A stretch of 25,653 nt of DNA from a virus (taxonomy: Duplodnaviria > Caudoviricetes), in the IMG/VR virus record IMGVR_UViG_3300020335_000025, positions 1 to 25,653 of that record; one strand, 5' to 3'. Position 1 is the stretch's first letter; every line of letters starts with the position of its first letter. The translations under genes were made by a program, and so were the position numbers. This document shows positions 7,718-15,603 of the stretch, piece after piece. The notes beneath the pieces were generated by a model. It had not been told where the DNA came from. It searched no databases and worked only from the letters and a program-made list of their open reading frames with translations.

Positions 7718-8322
7718 AAGAGAAGCCTAACTACTATGCAATCCTCCCTGCTGAAGTAAGATACAGCAAAGACTTGACGCCTAACGCAAAATTACTTTAT
7801 GCAGAGATAACAGCTTTGTGTAATATGAATGGCAAATGCACAGCATCAACTCAATACTTCTGTAGACTTTATGAAGTAAGTAGGGGTGCAGTTCAAAATT
7901 GGCTTAAAATGTTAGATGATAATGGTTATATAAATAGAACAGTTATATATAAACAAGGTAGTAAAGAAATAATGCATAGGTACATCAATCTAAAAGACAA
8001 GGGTAGTATAAATATAAGTACAGATAATACTAATATAAATATAACTAATACTAATCTTACAGATAGTAATAAAAAGGCTTTCTTTAAAAAACCAACTTTA
8101 GATGAAGTTAAAAATTATTGTATCTTACGCAAAAATAATATAGAAGCAGAAGCGTTTATAGATTTTTATGAAAGCAAAGGTTGGCAAATTGGCAAAGAAA
8201 AAATGAAAAGTTGGAAAGCCTGTGTACGAACTTGGGAAAGCAGATATAAGAATAAACCAAAAACAATGAGTAAGTTAGACTTACAAATTAATGAATGGCA
8301 AAAAGCAAAAGAATTATTATGA
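7714..8322 (+). CDS. Replisome organizer/replication initiator (N-terminal wHTH)
   Basis: PNYYAILPAEVRY...L...AKLLYAEI.AL N-terminus, N/T-rich linker, C-terminal FKKPTLDEV...F.DFYES.GW......MKSWKA.VRTWE. Confidence 0.8.
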   Translation: MKEKPNYYAILPAEVRYSKDLTPNAKLLYAEITALCNMNGKCTASTQYFCRLYEVSRGAVQNWLKMLDDNGYINRTVIYKQGSKEIMHRYINLKDKGSINISTDNTNINITNTNLTDSNKKAFFKKPTLDEVKNYCILRKNNIEAEAFIDFYESKGWQIGKEKMKSWKACVRTWESRYKNKPKTMSKLDLQINEWQKAKELL

Positions 8323-8681
8323 TACCATTAAAACAAGAAGAACTTCAATCACTTACTAAAAAGGTTTTAGACTTATTAGCTAAGACAGCAGTAGAGATAG
8401 GTCACAGGTCAGATGCTCAAACTCTAGCAAGTCTAAGTAAAATATTTGCAGCAGACTTAATACAAGAAAAACGTTTTGGAAATATGACTTGGAATCAAAT
8501 ATTAGATGCTTTTCATATAGGCGTAAGATTTGGAAAAGACGAACCATTCTTAAACATAAGGACTTTTTATAAATTCGTTTATGCTCATAAGAAAGTTATT
8601 GATGATGCAACGTATCAGACTGAAACACTTAAACAAAAAAATGTTAGATATTATCAACCACAAATAAAATTATTAAAATGA
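8319..8681 (+). CDS. Hypothetical protein following the initiator (helicase-loader position)
   Basis: The ATGA overlap at 8319-8322 is preferred to the track start 8295; function from synteny only. Confidence 0.55.
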   Translation: MIPLKQEELQSLTKKVLDLLAKTAVEIGHRSDAQTLASLSKIFAADLIQEKRFGNMTWNQILDAFHIGVRFGKDEPFLNIRTFYKFVYAHKKVIDDATYQTETLKQKNVRYYQPQIKLLK

Positions 8682-8821
8682 AAAAAGATGAATTATACAG
8701 TCCTGAAAAGATAGGAACATTTCAGATGATGTTTGGCTTTCCACAGCCTGGAATTTACAGACCGAATAAATGGGTATCAATTAGAAAATCTAAAGAAGAA
8801 AAAGATGAAAACAAAAGATAA
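8678..8821 (+). CDS. 47-aa hypothetical protein (MKKDELYSPEKIGTFQMMFGFPQPGIYRPNKW...)
   Basis: ATGA-coupled to the upstream gene; fills the gap before ATG 8805; not in the track. Confidence 0.55.
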   Translation: MKKDELYSPEKIGTFQMMFGFPQPGIYRPNKWVSIRKSKEEKDENKR

Positions 8822-9101
8822 TGTAAAATATTGGTTAGAAAAGTACCCTAGCTTAAGAGATAATGATAATAGATTGTGTTCTAATATTTGGGCTGTAGAA
8901 TTAATTGAAAAAGGTTTTAATGTAAGTCAGTTCTTAGTTGTTTATGCAGCAAGTAAATTAACATCTGCTCCTAGTATTAAACGAGCAAGAGCAAAGCTAC
9001 AGGAAGAAGAACCTAAATACAGAGGAGATAAGTATAATTTAAGAAAGGGAATATTGCAAGACAAATGGAGAAAAGACTTAGGCTATGAAAAAAACAATTA
9101 G
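8805..9101 (+). CDS. Hypothetical protein (MKTKDNVKYWLEKYPSLRDNDNRL...)
   Basis: ATG 8805 is preferred to TTG 8733; P.LRD.D..L...SI.RAR.KLQ pattern common in phage small proteins. Confidence 0.65.
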   Translation: MKTKDNVKYWLEKYPSLRDNDNRLCSNIWAVELIEKGFNVSQFLVVYAASKLTSAPSIKRARAKLQEEEPKYRGDKYNLRKGILQDKWRKDLGYEKNN

Positions 9102-9498
9102 CAAACTAAAAAAAGAACTTGACAAATGGTTTAGCCTTTACATAAGACTTAGAGAAGCTAATGAGTATGGTTATTGTCAGTGCTTTACGTGTGGTAAGGT
9201 AGGTCATTACAAAACAGGAGGTATGCAAAATGGTCATTTCCAAAGTAGAAAACATTTATCTACACGCTTTGATGAGGACAATTGTCAAGTTCAATGTGTT
9301 GCTTGTAATATGTTCAGACAAGGTGAACAGTTTAAGTTCGGTATTAATTTAGATGCTAAGTATGGAGAAGGTACAGCAGAAGAATTACAGTTTTTAGCCA
9401 GGACTACTTTAAAAATATCAAGAGTTGAATATGAAGAAAAGATAAGTTATTACAAAAACCTTGTTAAAAACTTAAAAGAAGAAAAGCAAATAGCGTAA
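9085..9498 (+). CDS. ninG: NinG/Rap-like recombination endonuclease
   Basis: FSLYIRLR, CFTCG, GHFQSR...TRFDE.N...QC..CN motifs. Confidence 0.8.
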   Translation: MKKTISKLKKELDKWFSLYIRLREANEYGYCQCFTCGKVGHYKTGGMQNGHFQSRKHLSTRFDEDNCQVQCVACNMFRQGEQFKFGINLDAKYGEGTAEELQFLARTTLKISRVEYEEKISYYKNLVKNLKEEKQIA

Positions 9499-9507
9499 CT
9501 AATTAAG

Positions 9508-9515
9508 TATCTTTG
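9508..9515 (+). promoter_or_regulatory. Bacteroidota -7 element TATCTTTG, 4 nt before ATG 9520; possible leaderless promoter for the sigma operon
   Basis: Exact TAnnTTTG in a 21-nt intergenic gap; same octamer as at 5723. Confidence 0.55.
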
Positions 9516-9519
9516 GCGT

Positions 9520-9876
9520 ATGACAGAACCAATCTATGCAAATAACGAACACAGAGTAATTATAGAATCATATATTTCAATGTGTAAAGAATTTGCAAAA
9601 GAAGTAAGCACTAAAAATAGATATGAAAATTACTTAGAAGTTGTACAAATTATAATAGATTATCACAACGGATATGGAGAAGGAAATAAAGAAAATTTAT
9701 TTTGGGAATGGCTGACAATTATTCCAATTAATTTAGCAGTTGCAACTAATGGATTTTTTGCAGGAGTAGAAACTAAAGGCAACTCAGCAGTTGTAAGGGC
9801 TTACAGAGTTGTTTTAGAAGAATTAGTACAGGACACAGTAAATAAGATTGATAAGATAGAACCAATTAATGACTGA
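9520..9876 (+). CDS. Hypothetical protein
   Basis: ORF track; overlaps the sigma gene start. Confidence 0.65.
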   Translation: MTEPIYANNEHRVIIESYISMCKEFAKEVSTKNRYENYLEVVQIIIDYHNGYGEGNKENLFWEWLTIIPINLAVATNGFFAGVETKGNSAVVRAYRVVLEELVQDTVNKIDKIEPIND

Positions 9877-10420
9877 GATATATTTAGAAATATCAAAGCT
9901 AACAGATAAGTTTAGGATTATGGCTTACGGACTGACCTCAGACGAGAATGAAGTAAATGAAAGTGTACAAGAACTGATGCTTTATCTAATGCAAATGAAT
10001 CCTACTACATTAAAGACTATTTATGATACTGATGGAATTGATGGTGTTACAAGATATGGAGCAGTAGCTTTAAGACGTGCCTTAACAAGTCCGAGAAGTA
10101 ATTACTTTTATAAGTACAAGAAGTATTACACACACATACAAGACTTTTGTGATATTAAAATAGATAATTCTATAGGAAGAAATAGAAGCATAAATAATAT
10201 ACCGAATTTAGAAATAGACAGCTATCAGTGGACAAGCCTTGAAAAGATAGATAAAGCTTTAGAAAGCTTTACTTGGTATGATAAAAAAGTATTTGAGTTA
10301 TATTACTATGAGGGCAATACATTAGATAGTTTAGCAAGTAAGACAGGTATAAGTAGAAACAGTTTGTTTACTACAATAGATAAAGTAAGAGTACAATTAA
10401 AATATAAGCTTAATGAATAA
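9869..10420 (+). CDS. Phage-encoded sigma-70/ECF-like RNA polymerase sigma factor
   Basis: Region-2-like E.VQE..L.L and region-4 HTH WYDKKVFELYY....TLDSLASKTGISRNSLFTTI; 183 aa. Confidence 0.75.
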   Translation: MTEIYLEISKLTDKFRIMAYGLTSDENEVNESVQELMLYLMQMNPTTLKTIYDTDGIDGVTRYGAVALRRALTSPRSNYFYKYKKYYTHIQDFCDIKIDNSIGRNRSINNIPNLEIDSYQWTSLEKIDKALESFTWYDKKVFELYYYEGNTLDSLASKTGISRNSLFTTIDKVRVQLKYKLNE

Positions 10421-10820
10421 ATTTTTTGTACCTCAAGAAATATATGAAGATAGAATTACTATCTGTAAAGGATGTTCTTATTATTCAAGCGTATTAGGAA
10501 ATTGCAAAATTTGTCTTTGTTTTATGAAACTGAAGTCCAAAATCAGCAGTCAATCTTGTCCAAAGGGCTTTTGGCAAAAGACATCTGAAGTAGAAGTAAG
10601 AACAGATATACCTGAAGAAATAATAGCAGAGATTATAATTCTATGGGATGACTTAAAAACAGGTAGAGCAAAAGACCAAGAAGCAAAAAGTAAGATGATA
10701 CAAATTTACAATGTAATATATAATACTAACTACTCAACAGGTACTAATTGTGGCTCTTGTATAGCTGCTTGTTTTGATGGTATAAAAAAGATATATAAAG
10801 AAAATGCAGGAAACAATTAA
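10413..10820 (+). CDS. Cys-rich, probably metal-binding protein (DUF6171-like N-terminus)
   Basis: R..IC..C...C..C.CF......CP...W and a C-terminal CGSC...C; overlaps the sigma stop. Confidence 0.55.
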   Translation: MNKFFVPQEIYEDRITICKGCSYYSSVLGNCKICLCFMKLKSKISSQSCPKGFWQKTSEVEVRTDIPEEIIAEIIILWDDLKTGRAKDQEAKSKMIQIYNVIYNTNYSTGTNCGSCIAACFDGIKKIYKENAGNN

Positions 10821-10872
10821 TAATAAATATAGGGTAAGACCTAAAAGGCTTTTAATTTTTCAGTCCTGCATA

Positions 10873-10904
10873 GTAGAGGGGGGGTGTGGTTACCTCCCCA
10901 ATAC
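10873..10904. other. GC-rich stem-loop GTA-GA-GGGGGGGT-(GTGGTT)-ACCTCCCC-AA-TAC
   Basis: 8-bp stem (one G-U) extended by a GA/AA internal loop and 3 bp; intergenic; no U-tract on either strand. Confidence 0.55.
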
Positions 10905-10924
10905 AACTAACTAAAACAATAATT

Positions 10925-11095
10925 ATGGAAAGAAATTACAAAACAATTAAATGGATATTGAAAGACAATATTAAAAAGAATGTAAGAAGTCTATGGACTT
11001 GGAAAGATGACAACTTTACAATGATATACGAAAACTATGATGGAGAAGATAGAATTTATACTTCAAGCCAATTACTAAAACTATTAAGCAAATGA
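10925..11095 (+). CDS. Hypothetical protein (MERNYKTIKW...)
   Basis: ATG 10925 with an A-rich leader is preferred to GTG 10886, which lies inside the hairpin. Confidence 0.6.
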   Translation: MERNYKTIKWILKDNIKKNVRSLWTWKDDNFTMIYENYDGEDRIYTSSQLLKLLSK

Positions 11096-11271
11096 TTATA
11101 TTTACAATACTAGGTATCTTTACAGCAATATTTATTTCTACTGTTATTATTATGAGTGTTATAGAAGGTAGGGCAAGAAACAAAACAAATGAAAAGATAG
11201 TGTGGAAAATGGATAAGGTAGAAACAAGAACAGGAGGACTAGAAAACGACAGGCTAAATGAAAGACAATAG
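11092..11271 (+). CDS. 59-aa protein with N-terminal membrane anchor (MIIFTILGIFTAIFISTVIIMSVIEGRARNK...)
   Basis: ATGA-coupled; fills the gap between track ORFs. Confidence 0.6.
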   Translation: MIIFTILGIFTAIFISTVIIMSVIEGRARNKTNEKIVWKMDKVETRTGGLENDRLNERQ

Positions 11272-11467
11272 AATCCCTAGTTACTACATAGGAAAGCGTT
11301 ACAAGATAGAAGCTCGTAAAGTTATAGAAGACTTTGATTTATCCTATAATGTAGGGACTGCTTGTTCATATTTGCTCCGTAGTGAACGCAAGCACAAATC
11401 ACCTATTGAGTGCATACAGAAAGCAATTAACCATTTAGAGTTTGAATTAGATAAATTAAAAAGATGA
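11258..11467 (+). CDS. DUF3310-family protein (T7 gp1.7/SaV-like)
   Basis: PSYY......IE....I......YN.G.A..YL.R...K.....CIQKA..HLEFE pattern. Confidence 0.7.
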   Translation: MKDNRIPSYYIGKRYKIEARKVIEDFDLSYNVGTACSYLLRSERKHKSPIECIQKAINHLEFELDKLKR

Positions 11468-12129
11468 AAATATTAAACTTATACGCTTGTCTAGGTGGTA
11501 ATAGATACAAGTGGAACGAAGTTAAAGAGGATATAGAAGTAACAGCAGTAGAGCTAGACACTGAATTAGCTAGGTTATATCAAGAGAGATTTCCTGATGA
11601 TAGAGTAGTCATAGGTGATGCACATCAATATTTATTAGATAACTATAAAGATTATGATTTTATTTGGAGCAGTCCACCTTGTCCAACACATAGCAAGGTA
11701 AGAGTTACTCAGAAAAACCAAGATTTTTATATTCCTAAATATCCTGATATGAAACTTTATGAAGAAATAATTTTTATTAAAGAACACTTTAAAGGAAAGT
11801 ATGTTATAGAAAATGTTATACCTTATTACCAACCTCTTATTCCTGCAATAAAAAGAGGTAGACATTTATATTGGACTAATTTTAATTTACCTGCAGTAAT
11901 AGATAGAAAGGAAAGTAAGGGGATAATGTGTGGTCAATCTAATGATGAGGTAAATAAACTTTGCAAATTACACGAAATTGACAGAGATTTCTTAAACTCT
12001 TATAGTGGCAAACAATCTAAAATAAAGATTATAAGAAACCTAGTAGATTATCAAGTAGGAAAAACAATCTTTGAAACTATGTTAGGTATAGTAATAAAAG
12101 AAGATATTAATCAAGAAGAATTATTTTAA
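11464..12129 (+). CDS. DNA (cytosine-5)-methyltransferase, short orphan type
   Basis: Motif I NLYACLGG, catalytic motif IV SPPC, motif VI ENV, motif VIII-like RGRH, motif X-like RNLV. Confidence 0.8.
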   Translation: MKILNLYACLGGNRYKWNEVKEDIEVTAVELDTELARLYQERFPDDRVVIGDAHQYLLDNYKDYDFIWSSPPCPTHSKVRVTQKNQDFYIPKYPDMKLYEEIIFIKEHFKGKYVIENVIPYYQPLIPAIKRGRHLYWTNFNLPAVIDRKESKGIMCGQSNDEVNKLCKLHEIDRDFLNSYSGKQSKIKIIRNLVDYQVGKTIFETMLGIVIKEDINQEELF

Positions 12130-12132
12130 GAG

Positions 12133-12384
12133 ATGACACTATACACTTGCGAATGTGGAAACACTAGAGATATAGCAATAGCTACAATAGTTCATAGAGA
12201 TGGAGCTTGGGTAACTAAACAAGCAGAGTGTGAATGTGGATTGTATATGACTAGCGAACCAACAGAAGGAATACCAACACTTCAAAGAACAGAACCTAGC
12301 CTAACTAAGAATAGAGATAAACTATGGGCAGGAGCTAAAGAAAAGCTAGTAGGCGAAAGGGGAATCAATGAATCATTTGATTAA
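12133..12384 (+). CDS. Small zinc-ribbon protein
   Basis: Two CECG motifs. Confidence 0.6.
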   Translation: MTLYTCECGNTRDIAIATIVHRDGAWVTKQAECECGLYMTSEPTEGIPTLQRTEPSLTKNRDKLWAGAKEKLVGERGINESFD

Positions 12385-12767
12385 TGAAGTTCGTGATAAA
12401 GTGTGATAAAGATAAGCAAACTCTGATAAACTATTTAAAGGAATTAGGCAATGACTATTTAGTAGATGTAAAGAAACAAAGAAACACAAGAAGCAATATG
12501 CAGAATAACTATTATTGGAGTTGTATAGTACAAGTCTTGTCTAATGAACTAGGCTACTACCCTGACGAAATTCACGATTTACTAAAGGTCAAGTTCTCAA
12601 GTGAATGGAATAGTATAGAACTAAACGATAGAACAGTAGCAATACAAACAGTTAAGTCTACAGCTAGAATGGATAGCAAAGCCTTTGAGATATATGCAGA
12701 CCAAATAAGAATGTGGGCAATGACTGACTTGGGTATCAGACTAATGCTACCAAACGAATACGAGTAA
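12384..12767 (+). CDS. NinB/YbcN-like protein
   Basis: RS..QN.YYW...GY...E.H..LK..F...ST......F..Y...I...A....I.L..P. Confidence 0.7.
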   Translation: MKFVIKCDKDKQTLINYLKELGNDYLVDVKKQRNTRSNMQNNYYWSCIVQVLSNELGYYPDEIHDLLKVKFSSEWNSIELNDRTVAIQTVKSTARMDSKAFEIYADQIRMWAMTDLGIRLMLPNEYE

Positions 12768-12780
12768 TTTCTATTATATA
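12751..12780 (+). promoter_or_regulatory. Putative late promoter 1 (CAAAC-N14-TCTATTATATA) upstream of TerS
   Basis: One of four copies of the motif, each with the 11-mer in an intergenic gap before a late gene. Confidence 0.7.
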
Positions 12781-12810
12781 TTAACACTTGATTAATCAAA
12801 TTATTTCAAA

Positions 12811-13065
12811 ATGGAACACGGAGGAAAAAGAGAAGGAGCAGGACGTAAAGGAAAAGCAGAAGAACAAAAGCTAATAGAACACTTAACACCTATGAGTGGA
12901 ATAGCACTTGAAGCTTTACAAGAAGGTATAAAACAAAAACAACAATGGGCTGTTAAGTTATACTTTGAATACTTCTATGGTAAGCCACAGCAAAGAGTAG
13001 ATGTAACTACTAATGAAGAAAGTCTTAACGTACCTTTAATAAACTTTATAAGCTCTGAATCTTAG
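12811..13065 (+). CDS. terS: Putative terminase small subunit
   Basis: HGGKREGAGRK N-terminus and A.KL.FEY.YGKP.Q.VD; directly upstream of TerL. Confidence 0.65.
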   Translation: MEHGGKREGAGRKGKAEEQKLIEHLTPMSGIALEALQEGIKQKQQWAVKLYFEYFYGKPQQRVDVTTNEESLNVPLINFISSES

Positions 13066-14257
13066 CGACAAATACACAGCACTATTTAATTCAGATGCTA
13101 GATACTTTATAATTACAGGTGGTAGAGGTAGTGGTAAGTCTTTTGCTGTTACAGTCTTTCTTACGCTCTTAACTATGTCTAGGAATGTTAGAGTCCTATT
13201 CACACGTTATACAATGACCTCGGCACATCTTTCAATCATTCCTGAGTTCTTAGAAAAGATAGGACTTCTAGGATATGAAAATACCTTTAGTGTAAACAAA
13301 GCAGAGGTAATAAACTTAGGAAACAAATCAGACATTCTATTTAGAGGCATCAAGACATCAGCAGGTAATCAGACTGCAAGTCTAAAGTCATTGCAAGGCA
13401 TAAGCACTTGGGTGTTAGATGAAGCTGAAGAACTTGTAGATGAAAACATCTTTGACACGATTGACCTAAGTATTAGGGAAAAGAAAGTGCAAAATAGAAT
13501 CATATTAGTTTTAAATCCTGTTACTAAGGAACATTGGATATACAAGAGGTTCTTTGAGGACAAAGGAATAGAAGGTGGTTTTAATGGTATTAAAGACAAT
13601 GTATGCTACATCCATAGTACATACCTAGATAATATAGTTAATCTATCTGAGAGCTTCCTAGAGCGTATTAAGAGCATAAAGCATACTAACTTTAAAAAGT
13701 ACACACATAAGATAATGGGAGGATGGTTAGCAAAAGCAGAAGGAGTAGTCTTTGAGAATTGGAGTATAGGTTTATTTAATCCTGATGACTTACAGACTTC
13801 TTGTGGAATGGATTTTGGATTTAGTATTGACCCTGACTCACTTACTGAAGTTGCAATAGACAAGAAACACAAAAAGATATACCTAAAGGAACACCTGTAT
13901 CGTAACGGATTAAAGAGTCAAGAGTTAGCTAAGATAATACTTGACAAAGTAGAGGGTAAACTAATTATAGCAGATAGTGCAGAGCCTAGACTAATAGCAG
14001 ACCTTAAGCACTTAGGAGTAAACATTAAAGCAGTTAAGAAAGGAACGATTGAAAGTGGTATAACTAGGATGCAAGACTATCAGCTTATAGTAAGTCCTGA
14101 ATCAACCAACATAGCTAAAGAGTTGAATAACTATGTATATGCAGACAAAGGTTCTAAGCTCTATGTAGATAACTACAATCACGCAATTGATGGTATTCGT
14201 TACAACATTATATACCACCTAGACAATCCAAATGCAGGAAAGTATTTTGTGCAGTAA
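13055..14257 (+). CDS. terL: Terminase large subunit (PBSX-like), probable CTG start
   Basis: The frame opens after TAA 13049-13051 and contains Walker A GGRGSGKS upstream of the track ATG 13175. Walker B VLDEAEE; nuclease motifs GMDFGF, ADSAEP, NHAIDGIRY. Confidence 0.9.
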   Translation: MNLSDKYTALFNSDARYFIITGGRGSGKSFAVTVFLTLLTMSRNVRVLFTRYTMTSAHLSIIPEFLEKIGLLGYENTFSVNKAEVINLGNKSDILFRGIKTSAGNQTASLKSLQGISTWVLDEAEELVDENIFDTIDLSIREKKVQNRIILVLNPVTKEHWIYKRFFEDKGIEGGFNGIKDNVCYIHSTYLDNIVNLSESFLERIKSIKHTNFKKYTHKIMGGWLAKAEGVVFENWSIGLFNPDDLQTSCGMDFGFSIDPDSLTEVAIDKKHKKIYLKEHLYRNGLKSQELAKIILDKVEGKLIIADSAEPRLIADLKHLGVNIKAVKKGTIESGITRMQDYQLIVSPESTNIAKELNNYVYADKGSKLYVDNYNHAIDGIRYNIIYHLDNPNAGKYFVQ

Positions 14258-14285
14258 ACTAAAAACAATAAATTTCTATTATATA
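14255..14285 (+). promoter_or_regulatory. Putative late promoter 2 (TAAAC-N15-TCTATTATATA), 4 nt before ATG 14290
   Basis: Motif copy between TerL and the tail chaperone. Confidence 0.7.
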
Positions 14286-14289
14286 GTGT

Positions 14290-14889
14290 ATGAAAGTTAA
14301 AATTAAAAAAGAAGGCAAAACAGAATCGTTTAAACTTATTAATAGTTGGGCAGATGTTAATTTGTCTACCTGGATTAAATTAGTAGATTTTGCAACAGGA
14401 ACAAAGACAGAAGAAGCTACTGAAACAATAGCAGCACTATCAGACATTCCTAAGAATTTTGTAAAAGAACTAGCCTTATCAGATGTTGCAGTTATAATGA
14501 GTAAGATAGCAGAGCTACAGGCAAAGCAAGATACAACTCTAAAAAGGATAATAGAAATCAATGATGTAGAATACGGCTTTCATCCAGACTTAGATAAGAT
14601 TACTTTAGGTGAGTATGCAGACATTGAGCAGTTTATCAAGAACGGAATAGAATCAAATCTTCCTGAATTAATGGCTGTCCTTTATCGTCCTGTTAAATTA
14701 AAGAAGAACGATATATACATAATAGATGCTTATGATGGTGACATAACACTACGGACGGAGGAGATGAAAAATATGTCAGCTGCACAAGTACAGTCTGCTC
14801 TTTTTTTTTTCTACAATTTCGCGAAGGTATCGTCAGGGATTTTGCAATCATTTTTGATGGAGGGGCTGAAGGAAACGAAGAAGCAATAG
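14290..14889 (+). CDS. Tail assembly chaperone, short (G-like) form
   Basis: YGFHPDLD.IT.GEY.D.E...LMAVLYRP pattern; contains a T10 run at 14801-14810. Confidence 0.65.
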   Translation: MKVKIKKEGKTESFKLINSWADVNLSTWIKLVDFATGTKTEEATETIAALSDIPKNFVKELALSDVAVIMSKIAELQAKQDTTLKRIIEINDVEYGFHPDLDKITLGEYADIEQFIKNGIESNLPELMAVLYRPVKLKKNDIYIIDAYDGDITLRTEEMKNMSAAQVQSALFFFYNFAKVSSGILQSFLMEGLKETKKQ

Positions 14890-15062
14890 CAGGGGAAGAC
14901 TTCGCAAGTAAGTGGGGATGGTTCGGAGTAATGCACAGATTGTGTAGAGAAGATATAAGTAAGCTTGAAAGTATTACAAATCTAAGTCTTTTAGAGTGTT
15001 TGACTTGGTTAAGTTATGAAACAGATTTGAACTCACAAAATAAAGTAAAAAGAAATGGTTAA
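14290..15062 (+). CDS. Tail assembly chaperone, -1 frameshifted (GT-like) form, ~257 aa
   Basis: The -1 frame through the T10 is open to TAA 15060-15062 (FFLQFREGIVRDF...KWGWFGVMHRL...LECLTWLSYETD) and fills the gap to the next gene. Confidence 0.7.
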
Positions 15063-15603
15063 AAATAAAACTTACAACAATGTCGTCAATACACTTTTAC
15101 GACTCGGCGAGTATCACGCACAAATAAAATCAACATCTGTAGGGGATGTATTTGACATTAATCTAGAAAAGATGCAGAAGTTCCCTTTGCTTCACATCAA
15201 TCCAACATCAGTAACAACAGGAGATAGTCAGCTTACATACTCGTTCCAAATCTTTGTTATGGATATGGTAACAGAAAAGGATAATTGGACTAAGAATAAT
15301 GCAGACGCTAACTTCCCAAAGCTATACAAGACTTTAAGTAATGAACAAGATGTATTTAATGAAACACTTCAAATATGTACAGACTTCATAGGAATGCTCA
15401 GACATAGTGAAAGGCAATCTTTAGACGGAGTGAATGATATTAATTTCCCTATATACTTTACGCAAGACCAATTCACACTAGAACCATTCTCAGAAAGGTT
15501 TGATAATCTTTGTTGTGGTTTTGTTTTTAATATTGGAATATTAGTACAGAACGACTTTCAAACTTGTAATATACCTGTTCAAACATTAGGTGCAGGGTAT
15601 TAA
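15055..15603 (+). CDS. Putative tail terminator/tail completion protein
   Basis: GD.FDI....FPLLHINP...Y.FQIFVMD...EPF.ERFDN...G pattern; tail module position. Confidence 0.55.
   Translation: MVKNKTYNNVVNTLLRLGEYHAQIKSTSVGDVFDINLEKMQKFPLLHINPTSVTTGDSQLTYSFQIFVMDMVTEKDNWTKNNADANFPKLYKTLSNEQDVFNETLQICTDFIGMLRHSERQSLDGVNDINFPIYFTQDQFTLEPFSERFDNLCCGFVFNIGILVQNDFQTCNIPVQTLGAGY

Noticed and set aside
5582-10886. Complementarity between CACCCCCC (5582) and GGGGGGTG (10879)
   Set aside because: Only 8 low-complexity bases, 5 kb apart, and the G-run already has a local hairpin partner.
10826-10910. Self-cleaving ribozyme or tRNA in the structured spacer
   Set aside because: No hammerhead core (CUGAnGA/GAAA), no evident pistol or HDV-like pattern, and no cloverleaf or T-loop.
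8295-13177. Track start codons at 8295, 8733, 10886 and 13175
   Set aside because: Coupled or motif-consistent starts fit better (8319, 8805, 10925, 13055); 13175 would remove the terminase Walker A.
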